NCBI GenBank assembly: GCA_020438135.1
Contig: JAGQVF010000083.1
Location: forward strand, 4,415-68,414
Length of the DNA: 64,000 nt
Direction: 5' to 3'
Origin: Bacteroidales bacterium
Lineage (GTDB): Bacteria > Bacteroidota > Bacteroidia > Bacteroidales > JAADJA01
The notes beneath the pieces are model-generated. The model made no database searches and had not been told where the DNA came from. It worked only from the letters and a program-made list of their open reading frames with translations. Made by a program: the position numbers and the translations under genes. Shown piece after piece: positions 24,973 through 36,077 of the stretch (the first letter of the stretch is position 1; each line of letters begins with the position of its first letter).

Positions 24973-27864
24973 TTACACTTTAACTTCTTCTTTTTCCATA
25001 TATGCCTCCATGCTTATGTTGCAGGTGCATACCAGGTTACGATCACCATAAGCATCATCAATTCTGGTAACCGGTGGCCAGTATTTGGCATTGATAGTGA
25101 ATTCAACCGGAAATGCTGCTTTCTGCCTGTTATATGGAAATTCCCACTGATCAGTTGTGATCATGCTGAGGGTGTGAGGTGCATTTTTCAGAACATTTTG
25201 CAATTTGTCAACACTGCCTTCTTCAATCAGTTTTATCTCCTCCCTGATTTGAACCATGGCAGTAATAAATCTGTCGAGTTCTTTAAGAGGTTCACTTTCA
25301 GTCGGCTCAACCATCAGTGTCCCATGTACAGGAAATGCAACTGTTGGGGCATGGAACCCATAATCCATCAGCCTCTTTGCGATATCCATCACGGTAATGC
25401 CTGCAGTTCTGCTGAACAGATTACAATCAAGAATCATTTCGTGAGCAACCCTGTTGTTTTTGCCGCTATACAATATTTTATAATACTCTTCAAGACCTGA
25501 TTTCAGGTAGTTTGCGCTAAGGATTGCGATGCGTGTTGCTTCTGTTAAACCTTCGGCTCCGAGTAATTTTATATATCCATATGAAATAGGAAGAATAAAG
25601 GCACTTCCATACGGGGCTGCCGACACCGGCTGAATCCCTTTTTCGCCTCCGACTTTCATAAAAGGATGGGTCGGAAGGAAAGGTTTTAGGTGTGCTGCAA
25701 CTCCGATCGGGCCTACACCGGGTCCTCCTCCGCCGTGAGGTATTGCAAAGGTTTTGTGCAGGTTCAGGTGGCAAACATCTGCGCCGATGATTGCCGGGCT
25801 GGTAAGCCCGACCTGTGCATTCATGTTGGCTCCATCCATGTAAACCTGTCCGCCATGTTTATGAACGGTTTGGATAATGTCGAGAATATCTTCTTCATAA
25901 ACCCCATGAGTTGAAGGATAGGTAATCATAATAGCAGCAAGCTGATTGCTGTGTTTTTGAGCCTTCTCCTGTAAATCTGTTAAATCGATATTACCGAATT
26001 CATCACATTTTATCACGACCACTTTCAATCCTGCCATCACCGAACTGGCAGGGTTTGTGCCATGGGCCGATGCCGGGATCAAACAAATATCCCGATGTCC
26101 TTCGCCGATACTTTCAAGGTACTCTTTGATCACCATCAGTCCGGTATATTCTCCTGATGCTCCTGAATTAGGCTGTAAACTGATGGCATTAAAGCCGGTG
26201 ATTTCGCAAAGATCTTTTTCGAGATTGCGAATAAGCTCAAGATATCCCTCGGCCTGTTCCATCGGAACAAACGGATGAATTTCTCCGAATTCAGGCCAGC
26301 TAAGGGAGAACAGTTCGGCAGCAGCATTAAGTTTCATCGTACAGGAACCCAAAGGGATCATGGTTCGGTTGAGCGCCAGATCTTTATTTTCAAGACATTT
26401 CAGGTAGCGCATCATTTCTGTTTCGGAATGGTAATCGTTAAAAACTTCATGGGTCAGAAATTCCGATGTTCTTCGTAATGGAGCAGGAATGGATGAGCCC
26501 GGCTGACTGTTGTTATAGCCGTTATAGGGTTTATTGTTGGCTGCTGCAAATATATTCAACAGGATTTCAAGATCGTATTCTGAGGTTGTTTCATCAAAAG
26601 AAACCCCCACCTGTTTATCAGTGTCGTAGCGCAGGTTTACCTGATTATTCAAGGCGATTCTTTTCAGTTTTTTGATATCGGTTTCGTCATCCAGTTTTAT
26701 GGTTACTGTATCAAAAAAATACTGATTTAACACTTTGAATCCATAGGACTTAACTTCCGACGCAAATAAAGTTGCCAGGCGGTTAATCTCGAACGCCACA
26801 TTTTTCAGCCCGTCCGGTCCGTGATAAGCTGCATAAAACCCTGCCATGTTAGCTAATAATGCCTGTGCAGTACAGATGTTTGAAGTAGCCCTTTCACGTT
26901 TGATATGTTGCTCCCGTGTTTGCAGAGCCATCCGCAAAGCCCTGTTACCATTGGCATCAACAGAAACACCTATGATCCTTCCGGGGATATTCCGTTTGTA
27001 CTGTTCTGTGGTTGCAAAATAACCTGCATGCGGGCCACCGAATCCCATTGGAATACCAAACCGCTGTGTTGAACCTACAGCCACATCGGCACCCCATTCG
27101 CCAGGAGGTGCTAGCAGCGTTAAAGCAAGTATATCGGCTGCTACAACCACACCAGCCCCAGCATCGTGAGTCTTCTCCACGAAGTTTTTGTATTCGTGTA
27201 TTTCACCTGTTAAATCAGGATATTGAACCAGCACTCCAAAGGTGGTTTCATTGGGCTCAAACTCCATATGATTGCCGAATATTAAATCAATTTGTAAGGA
27301 TCTGGCACGGGTTTTTAAAATGGCTGCTGTTTGAGGGAAAACCATTTCAGAGACGAAAAAGGTATTGGCATTTCTTTTAACCTGATCACGCGACCTGCTG
27401 TTGAAAAGCATGATCATCGCTTCGGCAGCAGCAGTACCTTCATCTAAAAGTGATGAATTCGCAATGGGAAGCCCGGTGAGTTCTGAAACCATAGTCTGAT
27501 AATTTAACAATGCTTCCAGCCTCCCTTGTGAAATTTCAGCCTGGTAAGGAGTGTAAGAAGTATACCATCCCGGATTCTCCAGAACATTTCGCTGAATCAC
27601 ACCAGGTGTTATGGTATTGTAATATCCCAATCCGATATAGGATTTGAAGTTTTTATTTTTTGATCCCAGCTCCTTCAAATGTTTAAGGTATTCATATTCG
27701 TTGATACCATCCGGAAGGTTGAGGGGTTTTTTCAGCCTGATTTTTTTCGGAATGGTTTGATCTATAAGGGTATCGATCGAATCTACCCCGATCTTATTCA
27801 ACATCCTGGCTATGTCTGATTCGCGTGGGCCGTTATGTTTTTGTATGAAATTGTTTGTCAGCAT
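24973..27864 (-). CDS. gcvP: Glycine dehydrogenase (decarboxylating), glycine cleavage system P protein
   Basis: 963-aa single-chain P protein. Motifs: YTSYTPYQAEISQGRLEALLN, and the PLP-lysine context NLHKTFAIPHGGGGPG. Confidence 0.95.
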   Translation of the reverse strand: MLTNNFIQKHNGPRESDIARMLNKIGVDSIDTLIDQTIPKKIRLKKPLNLPDGINEYEYLKHLKELGSKNKNFKSYIGLGYYNTITPGVIQRNVLENPGWYTSYTPYQAEISQGRLEALLNYQTMVSELTGLPIANSSLLDEGTAAAEAMIMLFNSRSRDQVKRNANTFFVSEMVFPQTAAILKTRARSLQIDLIFGNHMEFEPNETTFGVLVQYPDLTGEIHEYKNFVEKTHDAGAGVVVAADILALTLLAPPGEWGADVAVGSTQRFGIPMGFGGPHAGYFATTEQYKRNIPGRIIGVSVDANGNRALRMALQTREQHIKRERATSNICTAQALLANMAGFYAAYHGPDGLKNVAFEINRLATLFASEVKSYGFKVLNQYFFDTVTIKLDDETDIKKLKRIALNNQVNLRYDTDKQVGVSFDETTSEYDLEILLNIFAAANNKPYNGYNNSQPGSSIPAPLRRTSEFLTHEVFNDYHSETEMMRYLKCLENKDLALNRTMIPLGSCTMKLNAAAELFSLSWPEFGEIHPFVPMEQAEGYLELIRNLEKDLCEITGFNAISLQPNSGASGEYTGLMVIKEYLESIGEGHRDICLIPASAHGTNPASSVMAGLKVVVIKCDEFGNIDLTDLQEKAQKHSNQLAAIMITYPSTHGVYEEDILDIIQTVHKHGGQVYMDGANMNAQVGLTSPAIIGADVCHLNLHKTFAIPHGGGGPGVGPIGVAAHLKPFLPTHPFMKVGGEKGIQPVSAAPYGSAFILPISYGYIKLLGAEGLTEATRIAILSANYLKSGLEEYYKILYSGKNNRVAHEMILDCNLFSRTAGITVMDIAKRLMDYGFHAPTVAFPVHGTLMVEPTESEPLKELDRFITAMVQIREEIKLIEEGSVDKLQNVLKNAPHTLSMITTDQWEFPYNRQKAAFPVEFTINAKYWPPVTRIDDAYGDRNLVCTCNISMEAYMEKEEVKV

Positions 27865-28069
27865 GTTTCTTTTTATTAATTAGCGATTCACAATGGGGAC
27901 AAAATTATAAATCTAAACAGAAAAAAAAAGTAAAATGATTTAATTGTTAACAAATTAACAGTAATTCATTTATTTCAGGATCATGAATAACAATAAGGTT
28001 TGTTTAATTGAATGAGGTTTGTTTATACCGCTTTGATAAAAATTTTTTTGTGTAAATGATCAATTGGTT

Positions 28070-28077
28070 TAATTTTG
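28070..28077 (+). promoter_or_regulatory. Bacteroidetes-type -7 box TAATTTTG
   Basis: Matches TAnnTTTG, upstream of the LamG/T9SS gene. Confidence 0.35.
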
Positions 28078-28243
28078 CGTTGTTAACCAGTTATAGTACA
28101 AAGGGAGCGGATTTTTATCCACAAAAATTATCATCATTGCCGGGGTTTTGGTTTTATCAGCTTTTGGTAAAAATAAATCCTGTATTAACAAAAAGGTTCA
28201 AAAAATGTTAAAGCTTAGAACACAACTTAATACCAATAGAATC

Positions 28244-30571
28244 ATGCGTTATACTATTTCTGTATTACTCATAGTGTTATTGACGCAGGCTATCAATTCC
28301 AAAGCGCAAAACAAAGCACTCGAATTTTACTACGACCAATGGGCACATATTGAAGGTGCCGATCCTGAAGGATTTACCGGTTTAACTCTTGAATCATGGG
28401 TTAAGCTTGATAAATATCTCGATCTGGCCGGCACTCAGTTTTCTGGTAGCTTTATTCTTGCGAAGGAAGCATCTGTTTCGAATTATTATGGTTTTTTACT
28501 TGTGGTACTTAGCTATCACAATGCCGATACAGGTCGTCTGGCTTTCGGGCTGAATTTCGAGCACATGGGCAGCAATATTCATGAAGGATTGCATTCTTAT
28601 TCAAAGGTGCCACTTAATGAATGGGCTCACCTGGCTGCCACCTGGAATGGTGATTCAATGAGCGTATTTATCAATGGCGTATTTGATAGATCACTGGATG
28701 TAAGCCAGTACGGCGGATTTTATGATCCTCCGGCCGACAGCCTCAATATCGGTATCAGGAAAGTAGGCCCTTATTTATCAGCAACTTTTGGATTGATAGA
28801 TGAAGTGAGGATATGGAATGTGGCCCGGACTGAGCAGGAGATAAGAGAGACCATGTATACCGAACTTACCGGAAACGAAAACGGCCTGTGGGCATACTAT
28901 AAGCTCAATACCGGAACCGGCCAGTACATCTATGACTCAGGACCCAATGGTTTCGACGGTATCCGGGGTTCAAGTCCGTCAACCGTGACAAATGACCCAC
29001 CCTGGCGAAATTCAACTGTGCCGTTGCCCTATTACACCGCCCAGGATGGTAACTGGAATAATGATGCCACTTGGGCACCGGGTCAAAAAATTCCACGAAC
29101 CAATTGGGCAGACATTGATATCGATCACGAGGTTAATGTTGATTCAAACCTTACTGCAAGAGATATTCACATAAATCCTTCCGGTTCGGTTACGATAGAT
29201 AATGGCTATACACTCACGATTGACGGTGATTTAACAATTCATTCGGATAATTCTGGAAGTGGTTCGTTTATCGATAACGGAACCTTAATTGCAAATCGTG
29301 AACCCAGGGTTGAAAGGTACCTGACACAGAACTACTGGCATTTTATCGGAATGCCTGTTGAAAATGATTCCGTTGGAGTGTTTTATATTCCGGGCGGATC
29401 AGATGTATATTTAAAAACCCATATCGAATCTACGAATACCTGGGGGCCTAACATCACCAACGTTAATTTGCCGCTTGTGCAAGGCCGTGGTTATGAAGTG
29501 TATGTGGATGACAATATAAGTCAGGATGAAACAATTGTTTTTCAGGGTACATTAAATTCTGGTGATTATACCACCGGCACAGGAAACTTTTACGATCTTG
29601 AATATACCTCTGGCCATGGACTGAACCTGATTTCAAATCCTTATCCTTCAGCACTGAATGGAGATATCAACTCATGGTCAAAATCAGATGTGAGCAGCAA
29701 AATTTGGGTGTGGAACAGTTCATCAGGAAATTACAGCTATTGGACCGGTATTTCCGGAACCAACAACGACGGCTGGGGAACACTTACAAATGGTGTTATT
29801 CCTGCCATGCAGGCCTTTTTTGTTGAAGCTACCGCACCAAATCCGGAACTTACAATTCCGCAATCCGGAAGAAGTCACAGCAACCTCGGATTTTACAAAA
29901 ACAATATGCCGGCAAATTCTGTTAAGATCGGTGTTTCAGGTGATCCTTATTATGATGCTGTGTTTGTTGGATTTGATGAAAATGCGAGCAACGGTTATGA
30001 CAAAGATTATGATGTAATGAAACTTTTCGGACTCGACAATGCACCCCAACTTTATTCTGTTGCAGATGAAGAAAACCTCTCCATCAATATGATGGCGGCT
30101 TTGCAAAATTCCGAGTTTGTTGATTTAAATTTTGAATGTGCCCAGGATGGTTGGTATGAATTAAATTTTGAATCCTCTGGAGTTTTTGATGAAAATATTA
30201 AAATATATCTGCAAGACAATTTTGAAGAAAGTACCACCTTATTTGAACCTGGTGATACCTACTCATTTTACCATGAGTCTCAAAATAATCCTGAACGATT
30301 TAACCTGAAGTTTTTGATGCCATCCGGCGACCCAGAAATACAGGAAAATAACTTCAGAATAATTAATACGCCTGGTCATTTGTATGTGAGGTTTACAGAG
30401 AGAACAGATGCGAAAGTTTTTCTTTATACTGCATCTGGCTCTTTAGTTGACGAAAAACAGAGCATGAATGGCGAAGAAGTTGCCTTTGCTTCAACCGAAT
30501 TGCATGGTGTATACCTGCTGAGGATCATTACTGCAGAACAATCTTATTCAGGTAAAACTTTTATCCGCTAA
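28244..30571 (+). CDS. Secreted LamG (concanavalin-A-like lectin) domain protein with T9SS type-A C-terminal domain
   Basis: I prefer the ATG at 28244, which gives the signal peptide MRYTISVLLIVLLTQAINSKAQ. The LamG pattern is LTLESWVKLD...WAHLAATWNGDSMSVFINGV...DEVRIWN. The C-terminal domain ends ...GVYLLRIITAEQSYSGKTFIR. Confidence 0.8.
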   Translation: MRYTISVLLIVLLTQAINSKAQNKALEFYYDQWAHIEGADPEGFTGLTLESWVKLDKYLDLAGTQFSGSFILAKEASVSNYYGFLLVVLSYHNADTGRLAFGLNFEHMGSNIHEGLHSYSKVPLNEWAHLAATWNGDSMSVFINGVFDRSLDVSQYGGFYDPPADSLNIGIRKVGPYLSATFGLIDEVRIWNVARTEQEIRETMYTELTGNENGLWAYYKLNTGTGQYIYDSGPNGFDGIRGSSPSTVTNDPPWRNSTVPLPYYTAQDGNWNNDATWAPGQKIPRTNWADIDIDHEVNVDSNLTARDIHINPSGSVTIDNGYTLTIDGDLTIHSDNSGSGSFIDNGTLIANREPRVERYLTQNYWHFIGMPVENDSVGVFYIPGGSDVYLKTHIESTNTWGPNITNVNLPLVQGRGYEVYVDDNISQDETIVFQGTLNSGDYTTGTGNFYDLEYTSGHGLNLISNPYPSALNGDINSWSKSDVSSKIWVWNSSSGNYSYWTGISGTNNDGWGTLTNGVIPAMQAFFVEATAPNPELTIPQSGRSHSNLGFYKNNMPANSVKIGVSGDPYYDAVFVGFDENASNGYDKDYDVMKLFGLDNAPQLYSVADEENLSINMMAALQNSEFVDLNFECAQDGWYELNFESSGVFDENIKIYLQDNFEESTTLFEPGDTYSFYHESQNNPERFNLKFLMPSGDPEIQENNFRIINTPGHLYVRFTERTDAKVFLYTASGSLVDEKQSMNGEEVAFASTELHGVYLLRIITAEQSYSGKTFIR

Positions 30572-30572
30572 T

Positions 30573-30603
30573 AAAAAAGACCGGTTCTGAACCGGTCTTT
30601 TTT
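30573..30603. terminator. Bidirectional rho-independent terminator
   Basis: aaaaaa-GACCGGTT-ctg-AACCGGTC-tttttt. The 8-bp stem is perfect, with an A6 run on one side and a T6 run on the other. It sits between convergent genes ending at 30571 (+) and 30642 (-). Confidence 0.85.
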
Positions 30604-30641
30604 ATTTAACACTTTTCAGATTTTAATTTGTGCGTGAACTG

Positions 30642-32381
30642 TTATGCCAGGTTAAGATCTTTAATAATTCCCTGTATTCTGTCATCCAGTGTTTTTTCAA
30701 CCTGATCGTATTCATCCGGATTATTGAGATTTGTATTTACACTGAAATAGAATTTTATTTTTGGTTCAGTGCCAGAAGGCCTGACAGAGATTTTACTTCC
30801 GTCCTCAAGAAAAAACTGCAACACATTTGACTTGGGAAGTTCGATCTTTTTTTCTTTTCCGGATGATAAATCCATTTCAACCTGGGTTTGATAATCCTTT
30901 ATGCCGACCAGCTTCGATCCGTTGATCGAATCGGGTGGATTGTTTCTGAATGACTCCATCATCTGCTGAATTTCTTCAGCCCCCTGTTTTCCTTTGCGAA
31001 CTACCGATATCAGATTTTCTTTATAAAAACCGTATCTGGAATAAATATCAGGCAACAGCTCGCTAAGGGTTTTACCCTTTTCTGCCGCCCAGGCAGCAGT
31101 TTCTGCGATCATACAACAAGAAATTACCGCATCTTTATCTCTTACAAAATCTCCGATCAAATATCCATAACTTTCTTCTCCACCTCCAATAAAGGTTTTT
31201 TTGCCTTCCAGTTCGCGGATAAGGGCTGCAATGTATTTGAATCCCGTGAGCGTGTCAAACGATTCCACACCATTATCAGTGGCGATTTTGGTTAATATTT
31301 CTGAGGTAACTACTGTTTTTACGATATATTCTTTTCCGGTAATTTTTCCAAGTTCACTCCAGCGGGTGATCAGGTAAAAAATAAGGAGACTTGCCGTTTG
31401 ATTGCCATTGAGCAGGACAAATTCTCCAGAAGATGTTTTTACGGCAATTCCCACACGGTCAGCATCAGGGTCGGTTGCCATTACGAGATTTGCCCCTGTA
31501 GCTTTGGCCTTTTCGATGGCCATGCTCAGAGCCGCAGATTCTTCGGGATTGGGTGACTTCACGGTTGGGAAGTTGCCATCTGAAATATCCTGCTCGGGAA
31601 CGTTAATGATGTTTTCAAACCCAAAAGCTTTCAAAGTCTCAGGAACCAGTTTAACACCTGTACCATGAATCGGGGTATAAACGATCTTCAGGTCTTTCTG
31701 TTTTTTTATAATATCTGGTGACAGACTTAGTGTTTTGATATGATCCATATAGGCTTGGTCCACCTTATTTCCAATGGTTTCAACCAGTGAATGATCCCTT
31801 TCAAACTTAACATCATGTATGCCTTTGATTTTCCCGACTTCCTCAATAACATTTTTGTCGTGCGGAGATATCAGTTGTCCTCCATCTTCCCAATATGCTT
31901 TATATCCGTTGTATTCAGGCGGATTGTGAGATGCTGTGATCACAATTCCGGTTTGGCATCCGAGATACCTGATTGCAAACGAAAGTTCCGGAGTTGGCCG
32001 GATATCATCAAATACATATACTTTAATTCCATTGGCAGACAAAACATCGGCTGTGATGCCGGCAAAAAAAGTATTGTTGTTCCTTGAATCGAATGCTATA
32101 GCCGCTTTTATCTGATCACGGTCAGCAAACTTTTTCTTCAGGTAGTTGGCCAGTCCCTGGGTAGCCATCCCGACAGTGTATTTATTCATTCGGTTGGTTC
32201 CTACACCCATGATTCCGCGAAGCCCTCCTGTTCCAAATTCAAGATCTTTGTAAAAAGCATCGGTCAGTTCGGTCGATCCTTCTTCAATCAGTTGCTCTAC
32301 TTTTTTACGTGTTTCTTCATCATAAGTGCCCTGGGTCCATTCCCGTGCCCTGGCGATAATATATTCTTCAGCTTGTTTCAT
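30642..32381 (-). CDS. Phosphoglucomutase/phosphomannomutase family phospho-sugar mutase
   Basis: 579 aa. Active-site loop TASHNPPEYNGYK, metal-binding loop ATDPDADR, sugar-binding GGEESYG. Confidence 0.9.
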   Translation of the reverse strand: MKQAEEYIIARAREWTQGTYDEETRKKVEQLIEEGSTELTDAFYKDLEFGTGGLRGIMGVGTNRMNKYTVGMATQGLANYLKKKFADRDQIKAAIAFDSRNNNTFFAGITADVLSANGIKVYVFDDIRPTPELSFAIRYLGCQTGIVITASHNPPEYNGYKAYWEDGGQLISPHDKNVIEEVGKIKGIHDVKFERDHSLVETIGNKVDQAYMDHIKTLSLSPDIIKKQKDLKIVYTPIHGTGVKLVPETLKAFGFENIINVPEQDISDGNFPTVKSPNPEESAALSMAIEKAKATGANLVMATDPDADRVGIAVKTSSGEFVLLNGNQTASLLIFYLITRWSELGKITGKEYIVKTVVTSEILTKIATDNGVESFDTLTGFKYIAALIRELEGKKTFIGGGEESYGYLIGDFVRDKDAVISCCMIAETAAWAAEKGKTLSELLPDIYSRYGFYKENLISVVRKGKQGAEEIQQMMESFRNNPPDSINGSKLVGIKDYQTQVEMDLSSGKEKKIELPKSNVLQFFLEDGSKISVRPSGTEPKIKFYFSVNTNLNNPDEYDQVEKTLDDRIQGIIKDLNLA

Positions 32382-32415
32382 AATTTTTCGGTTAGGAATT
32401 GTTAATTCATAAGTG

Positions 32416-32433
32416 CAAAATTATCCAAAATTA
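32416..32433 (-). promoter_or_regulatory. Two tandem -7 boxes (TAATTTTG twice on the - strand)
   Basis: The + strand reads caaaatta at 32416..32423 and again at 32426..32433, upstream of the start at 32381. Confidence 0.4.
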
Positions 32434-32481
32434 TGCTTGATGATATGTAGGCATGTTAACTTAAGGTAATTTAACAGAAGA

Positions 32482-33360
32482 TTAAGAAAAACCCTCAGTT
32501 TCCTTTGGTAAAAGTTTCAGACATGCAGCAAGGCTATCACGCCAGTAAGGGATGCTGATACCAAAGTCATTTTTAATTTTTGATGTATTCAAAACACTGT
32601 AATATGGCCTCTTTGCGGGAAGCGGATACGCTTCAGTAGGAATCGGTTCGATCGTGCAGTCAATTTCAGAAAGGCTGACAATAGCTTTGGCAAAATCAAA
32701 CCAACTGGCTGTTCCTTCATTTGAATAGTGATAGATATGAACTCCCTCAGGTATTTTTTTATTGCTGAGTATAATCAGGAGGGTTTCAGCGAGGTCACCG
32801 GCATATGTTGGCGTTCCTGTTTGATCGCACACGATATTTAAAGAATCCCGTTCTGTTGCATACCTGATGATGGTTTTTACGAAATTATGACCAAATTCAG
32901 AATACAGCCAGGAGGTTCTGATGATCAGTCCGTTTAAGGCATTTGCTAACATAACTTCCTCCGCGCGGGCTTTAGTAGTGGCATAAATGCTCCGCGGACC
33001 GGGTTTATCTGATTCAACATAAGGTTTGTAATGAAAGCCGTCAAAAATAAAATCAGTCGAAATATGGATCAATCCGAAATTCAGATTTTTCGATAAAACC
33101 GATAGGTTTTCAACGGCTTTGGTATTGATCAGAAAAGCCTTTACATCGTCTTCTTCAGCTTTGTCGACCGCAGTATAAGCGGCACAGTTAACCACATAAT
33201 CATAGTTGCCGGCCGAAAGATATTTTTCCAGTGCCGGCATATCGGTAATATCGAGATCCTCCACATCGGTATAGGTAATATCCAATGACGTAAATAAGGG
33301 TGCATGTTTATGAATTGATCTTCCTAACTGACCTTTGGCCCCTGTAATTAATATTTTCAT
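32482..33360 (-). CDS. rfbD: dTDP-4-dehydrorhamnose reductase
   Basis: 292 aa. [13 protein letters not shown] Rossmann start and a YATTKARAE (YxxxK) motif. The length is typical of RfbD/RmlD. Confidence 0.8.
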   Translation of the reverse strand: MKILITGAKGQLGRSIHKHAPLFTSLDITYTDVEDLDITDMPALEKYLSAGNYDYVVNCAAYTAVDKAEEDDVKAFLINTKAVENLSVLSKNLNFGLIHISTDFIFDGFHYKPYVESDKPGPRSIYATTKARAEEVMLANALNGLIIRTSWLYSEFGHNFVKTIIRYATERDSLNIVCDQTGTPTYAGDLAETLLIILSNKKIPEGVHIYHYSNEGTASWFDFAKAIVSLSEIDCTIEPIPTEAYPLPAKRPYYSVLNTSKIKNDFGISIPYWRDSLAACLKLLPKETEGFS

Positions 33361-34301
33361 TGTTGTTTGACTATGTTCTCAAAATAGGCAATGGTTTTTC
33401 CCAATCCTTCTCGCAGCGGGATTTTTGGTTCCCAGCCAAATTTTTCCCTGGCAAGCGTGATATCGGGTTGCCTTTGCAGGGGGTCGTCGGCCGGGAGGGG
33501 TTCAAATATCAACTTCGATTTTGACCCTGTTAGCATGATGATGTTTTCGGCCAACTGAAGGATGGTATATTCTCCTGGATTTCCCATGTTTACGGGACCA
33601 GTAAAATCGTCTTCCGAATTCATCAACCTGATCATACCTTCCAGAAGATCATCCACATAGCAAAAACTTCGGGTTTGCGAGCCATCGCCATAAATGGTAA
33701 TATCTTTATTTTGTAAAGCCTGCATGATGAAGTTCGAAATTACCCTTCCATCGTCAGGATGCATACGTGGACCGTAGGTGTTGAAAATCCGCATCACTTT
33801 GATCCTTACATCATTTTGACGGTGATAATTGAAAAACAGCGATTCTGCGCAACGTTTTCCTTCATCGTAACACGATCTGAAACCGATCGGGTTAACATTG
33901 CCCCAATAACTTTCGGTTTGCGGATGGATTTTCGGATCTCCATACACTTCACTGGTCGAGGCCTGCAATATTTTGGCCTTTACCCGTTTTGCCAATCCCA
34001 GCATGTTAATTGCTCCCATTACTGAAGTTTTAATCGTTTTAATGGCATTGTACTGGTAATGTATAGGAGAGGCAGGGCAGGCCAGGTTGTAAATCTCATC
34101 CACTTCAATAAAAAAGGGCATGGTTACGTCATGCCTGATGAGCTCGAAAAAGGGTTTATCAAGCAGATGAATAATGTTAGCTTTTTGACCGGTAAAATAA
34201 TTATCAAGGCAGATCACTTCGTTGCCTTCATTAAGAAGTCTTTCACACAGGTGTGAACCCAAAAAACCGGCACCGCCGGTAACCAGAATTCTTTTTTTCA
34301 T
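33357..34301 (-). CDS. UDP-glucuronate decarboxylase (UDP-xylose synthase)
   Basis: [37 protein letters not shown] and YDEGKR are the UXS-type SDR pattern. The stop overlaps the rfbD start by 4 nt. Confidence 0.9.
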   Translation of the reverse strand: MKKRILVTGGAGFLGSHLCERLLNEGNEVICLDNYFTGQKANIIHLLDKPFFELIRHDVTMPFFIEVDEIYNLACPASPIHYQYNAIKTIKTSVMGAINMLGLAKRVKAKILQASTSEVYGDPKIHPQTESYWGNVNPIGFRSCYDEGKRCAESLFFNYHRQNDVRIKVMRIFNTYGPRMHPDDGRVISNFIMQALQNKDITIYGDGSQTRSFCYVDDLLEGMIRLMNSEDDFTGPVNMGNPGEYTILQLAENIIMLTGSKSKLIFEPLPADDPLQRQPDITLAREKFGWEPKIPLREGLGKTIAYFENIVKQQ

Positions 34302-34412
34302 CGATTCGATATTTGCGTTTGTAATTGACTTAATTGTACGATTGAGTTTCCACTGAAATTGCAGAAACCATTGTACTCAAATGAATTCAATACGAAAAAA
34401 AATCTCATTGGT

Positions 34413-34904
34413 TTATATTTTAAAGGCATTTATCACGAAATAATAACCCATAATGAACGAAATTCCAAGTTTCATGAAAGTTCCTGCAACAAAACCAAGG
34501 AATGACCCCAATCCCGATCTGAAAGCTGTGTTGGTATCTTTGCCTGCCAAAAGTTCGCCTGTAAAGGCCCCTAAGAAAGGTCCGATGATCAATCCGAGGG
34601 GTGGAAAAAAGAATATACCGATAATGAGCCCGATGGTTGCCCCCCAAATTCCTTTTTTGCTTCCACCCAGTTTTTTCGTACCCCAAATTGGAACTACATT
34701 GTCAAGCACGGTCACGGCAGCGGTGATCAAGGCCCATGTTACAAGGAATTTTACTGTAAACGGTGGATTTTGTGTGAGCTGTAAAATCAGTAATGATGCC
34801 CAGCTAAAGATCTGACCGGGTAAGATCGGCAGCACGCAGCCAATTATTCCAACGATCAGACTGATCGAACCAAGTATTATCCACAACAAATCCAAATTCA
34901 TCAA
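34413..34904 (-). CDS. DUF456-family membrane protein
   Basis: 163 aa with 4 hydrophobic helices. GTKKLGGSKKGIWGATIGLIIGIFFFPPLGLIIGPFLGAFTGELL is the typical DUF456 pattern. Confidence 0.75.
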   Translation of the reverse strand: MMNLDLLWIILGSISLIVGIIGCVLPILPGQIFSWASLLILQLTQNPPFTVKFLVTWALITAAVTVLDNVVPIWGTKKLGGSKKGIWGATIGLIIGIFFFPPLGLIIGPFLGAFTGELLAGKDTNTAFRSGLGSFLGFVAGTFMKLGISFIMGYYFVINAFKI

Positions 34905-35374
34905 TATTGTATTTTATTGTCAAGCTGATTCCATTTTTCGAACACTTCAAGTGCTTCGTTCCTGAGCATTTGCTCATTGGGAATTTCCCTTTCATTGAAA
35001 TCGAGTCTTAGTTCCTGATAGATCTTTGAATCATCGAAACCTGCCATTTCTGCATCTTTGCGGTTGGCTGCAAAGAATAGTTTAGCCGGTCGTGCCCAAT
35101 AAATTGCGCCCATGCACATAGGACAAGGTTCACAACTTGAATATATCTCACAACCATCAAGTTGAAAATGCCCCAGATTTTTACAGGCGTCTCTAATTGC
35201 ATTTATTTCAGCGTGGGCTGTAGGGTCGTTCGATGAGGTTACGGTATTCGACCCTTTGCCAATTATTTCTCCATTCTTTACAACCACGGCTCCAAAAGGT
35301 CCTCCGTTTCCGTTTTTTAAATTGGAAGCCGCCAGGTTAATGGCTTCCAGCATAAAAGTTTGTTTATTTGGCAT
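34901..35374 (-). CDS. CDA-fold nucleoside/guanine deaminase (GuaD-like)
   Basis: Zinc motifs HAEINAI and CEPCPMCMGA. At 157 aa it resembles small guanine deaminases. Confidence 0.8.
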   Translation of the reverse strand: MPNKQTFMLEAINLAASNLKNGNGGPFGAVVVKNGEIIGKGSNTVTSSNDPTAHAEINAIRDACKNLGHFQLDGCEIYSSCEPCPMCMGAIYWARPAKLFFAANRKDAEMAGFDDSKIYQELRLDFNEREIPNEQMLRNEALEVFEKWNQLDNKIQY

Positions 35375-35396
35375 GTTGAAAATTTAGGAGACAAAT

Positions 35397-36077
35397 TTAC
35401 CATTTTCCGCGGTGCGTCGGAAATTTAAGTGCATCCTGGAGCTTTTTGAGAAATTCTTTTCTCGGAACAGGAACTGCACCCAAACTTTGAAGATGATCGG
35501 TTTCGACCTGTGCATCAATAAAATGGAAATCCCATTTTTTTAATCTCTCCACCAGGTGAAAAAATGCAATTTTGGAAGCATTGCTCACATGATGGAACAT
35601 CGATTCTCCAAAAAATGCTTTTCCGAGTGATACGCCATACAAACCACCTGTCAGTTTTCCGTTTTGATAAACCTCAACCGAGTGGGCAAATCCTTCTTCA
35701 TGAAGCCTGAGATACGCCTTTTTCATTTTTGTTGTGATCCATGTGCCGTCCTGATCTTCACGGGGTACAGCAGCGCATTCCTCTACAACTCTTTTAAAAT
35801 CAGTGTCAAATTTTATTTCGAAAGGGCTGTTGCGTAAAGTTTGTCTGAGGCTTTTGGAGAATTTGGCAGATTCGGGGTAAACAATTGATCTTGGATCCGG
35901 TGACCACCATAAAATAGGATCTTCTTCTGAAAACCAGGGGAAAATACCCATCGAATAAGCCAAAACCAATCTTTCTGGAGAGAGGTCACCTCCCACAGCC
36001 AGCAATCCCTGATATTCTGCAAGTGACGGATCGGGAAAAAGCATTCGGTTGTCGAGTGAATAAACAGGCATGGTCAA
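35397..36077 (-). CDS. aat: Leucyl/phenylalanyl-tRNA--protein transferase
   Basis: LLAVGGDLSPERLVLAYSMGIFPWF...PILWWSPDPR...GESMFH is the canonical Aat pattern. Confidence 0.9.
   Translation of the reverse strand: MTMPVYSLDNRMLFPDPSLAEYQGLLAVGGDLSPERLVLAYSMGIFPWFSEEDPILWWSPDPRSIVYPESAKFSKSLRQTLRNSPFEIKFDTDFKRVVEECAAVPREDQDGTWITTKMKKAYLRLHEEGFAHSVEVYQNGKLTGGLYGVSLGKAFFGESMFHHVSNASKIAFFHLVERLKKWDFHFIDAQVETDHLQSLGAVPVPRKEFLKKLQDALKFPTHRGKW

Noticed and set aside
27865-28243. Possible glycine riboswitch upstream of gcvP
   Set aside because: I read the - strand leader and found none of the conserved glycine-aptamer core elements (no GGAGAG...CACCG-type segments). The region is AT-rich and looks like a divergent promoter.
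30642-34301. Polysaccharide or O-antigen biosynthesis locus (pgm-like mutase, rfbD, UDP-xylose synthase)
   Set aside because: There are only three nucleotide-sugar genes. No rfbA/B/C, flippase, polymerase or glycosyltransferase cluster is present, so this is not a complete locus.
34420-34815. Two alternative-frame ORFs (88 and 120 aa) overlapping the DUF456 gene
   Set aside because: The 163-aa frame gives a coherent four-helix membrane protein with the family's G-rich motif. The others are Pro/Arg-rich shadow frames.
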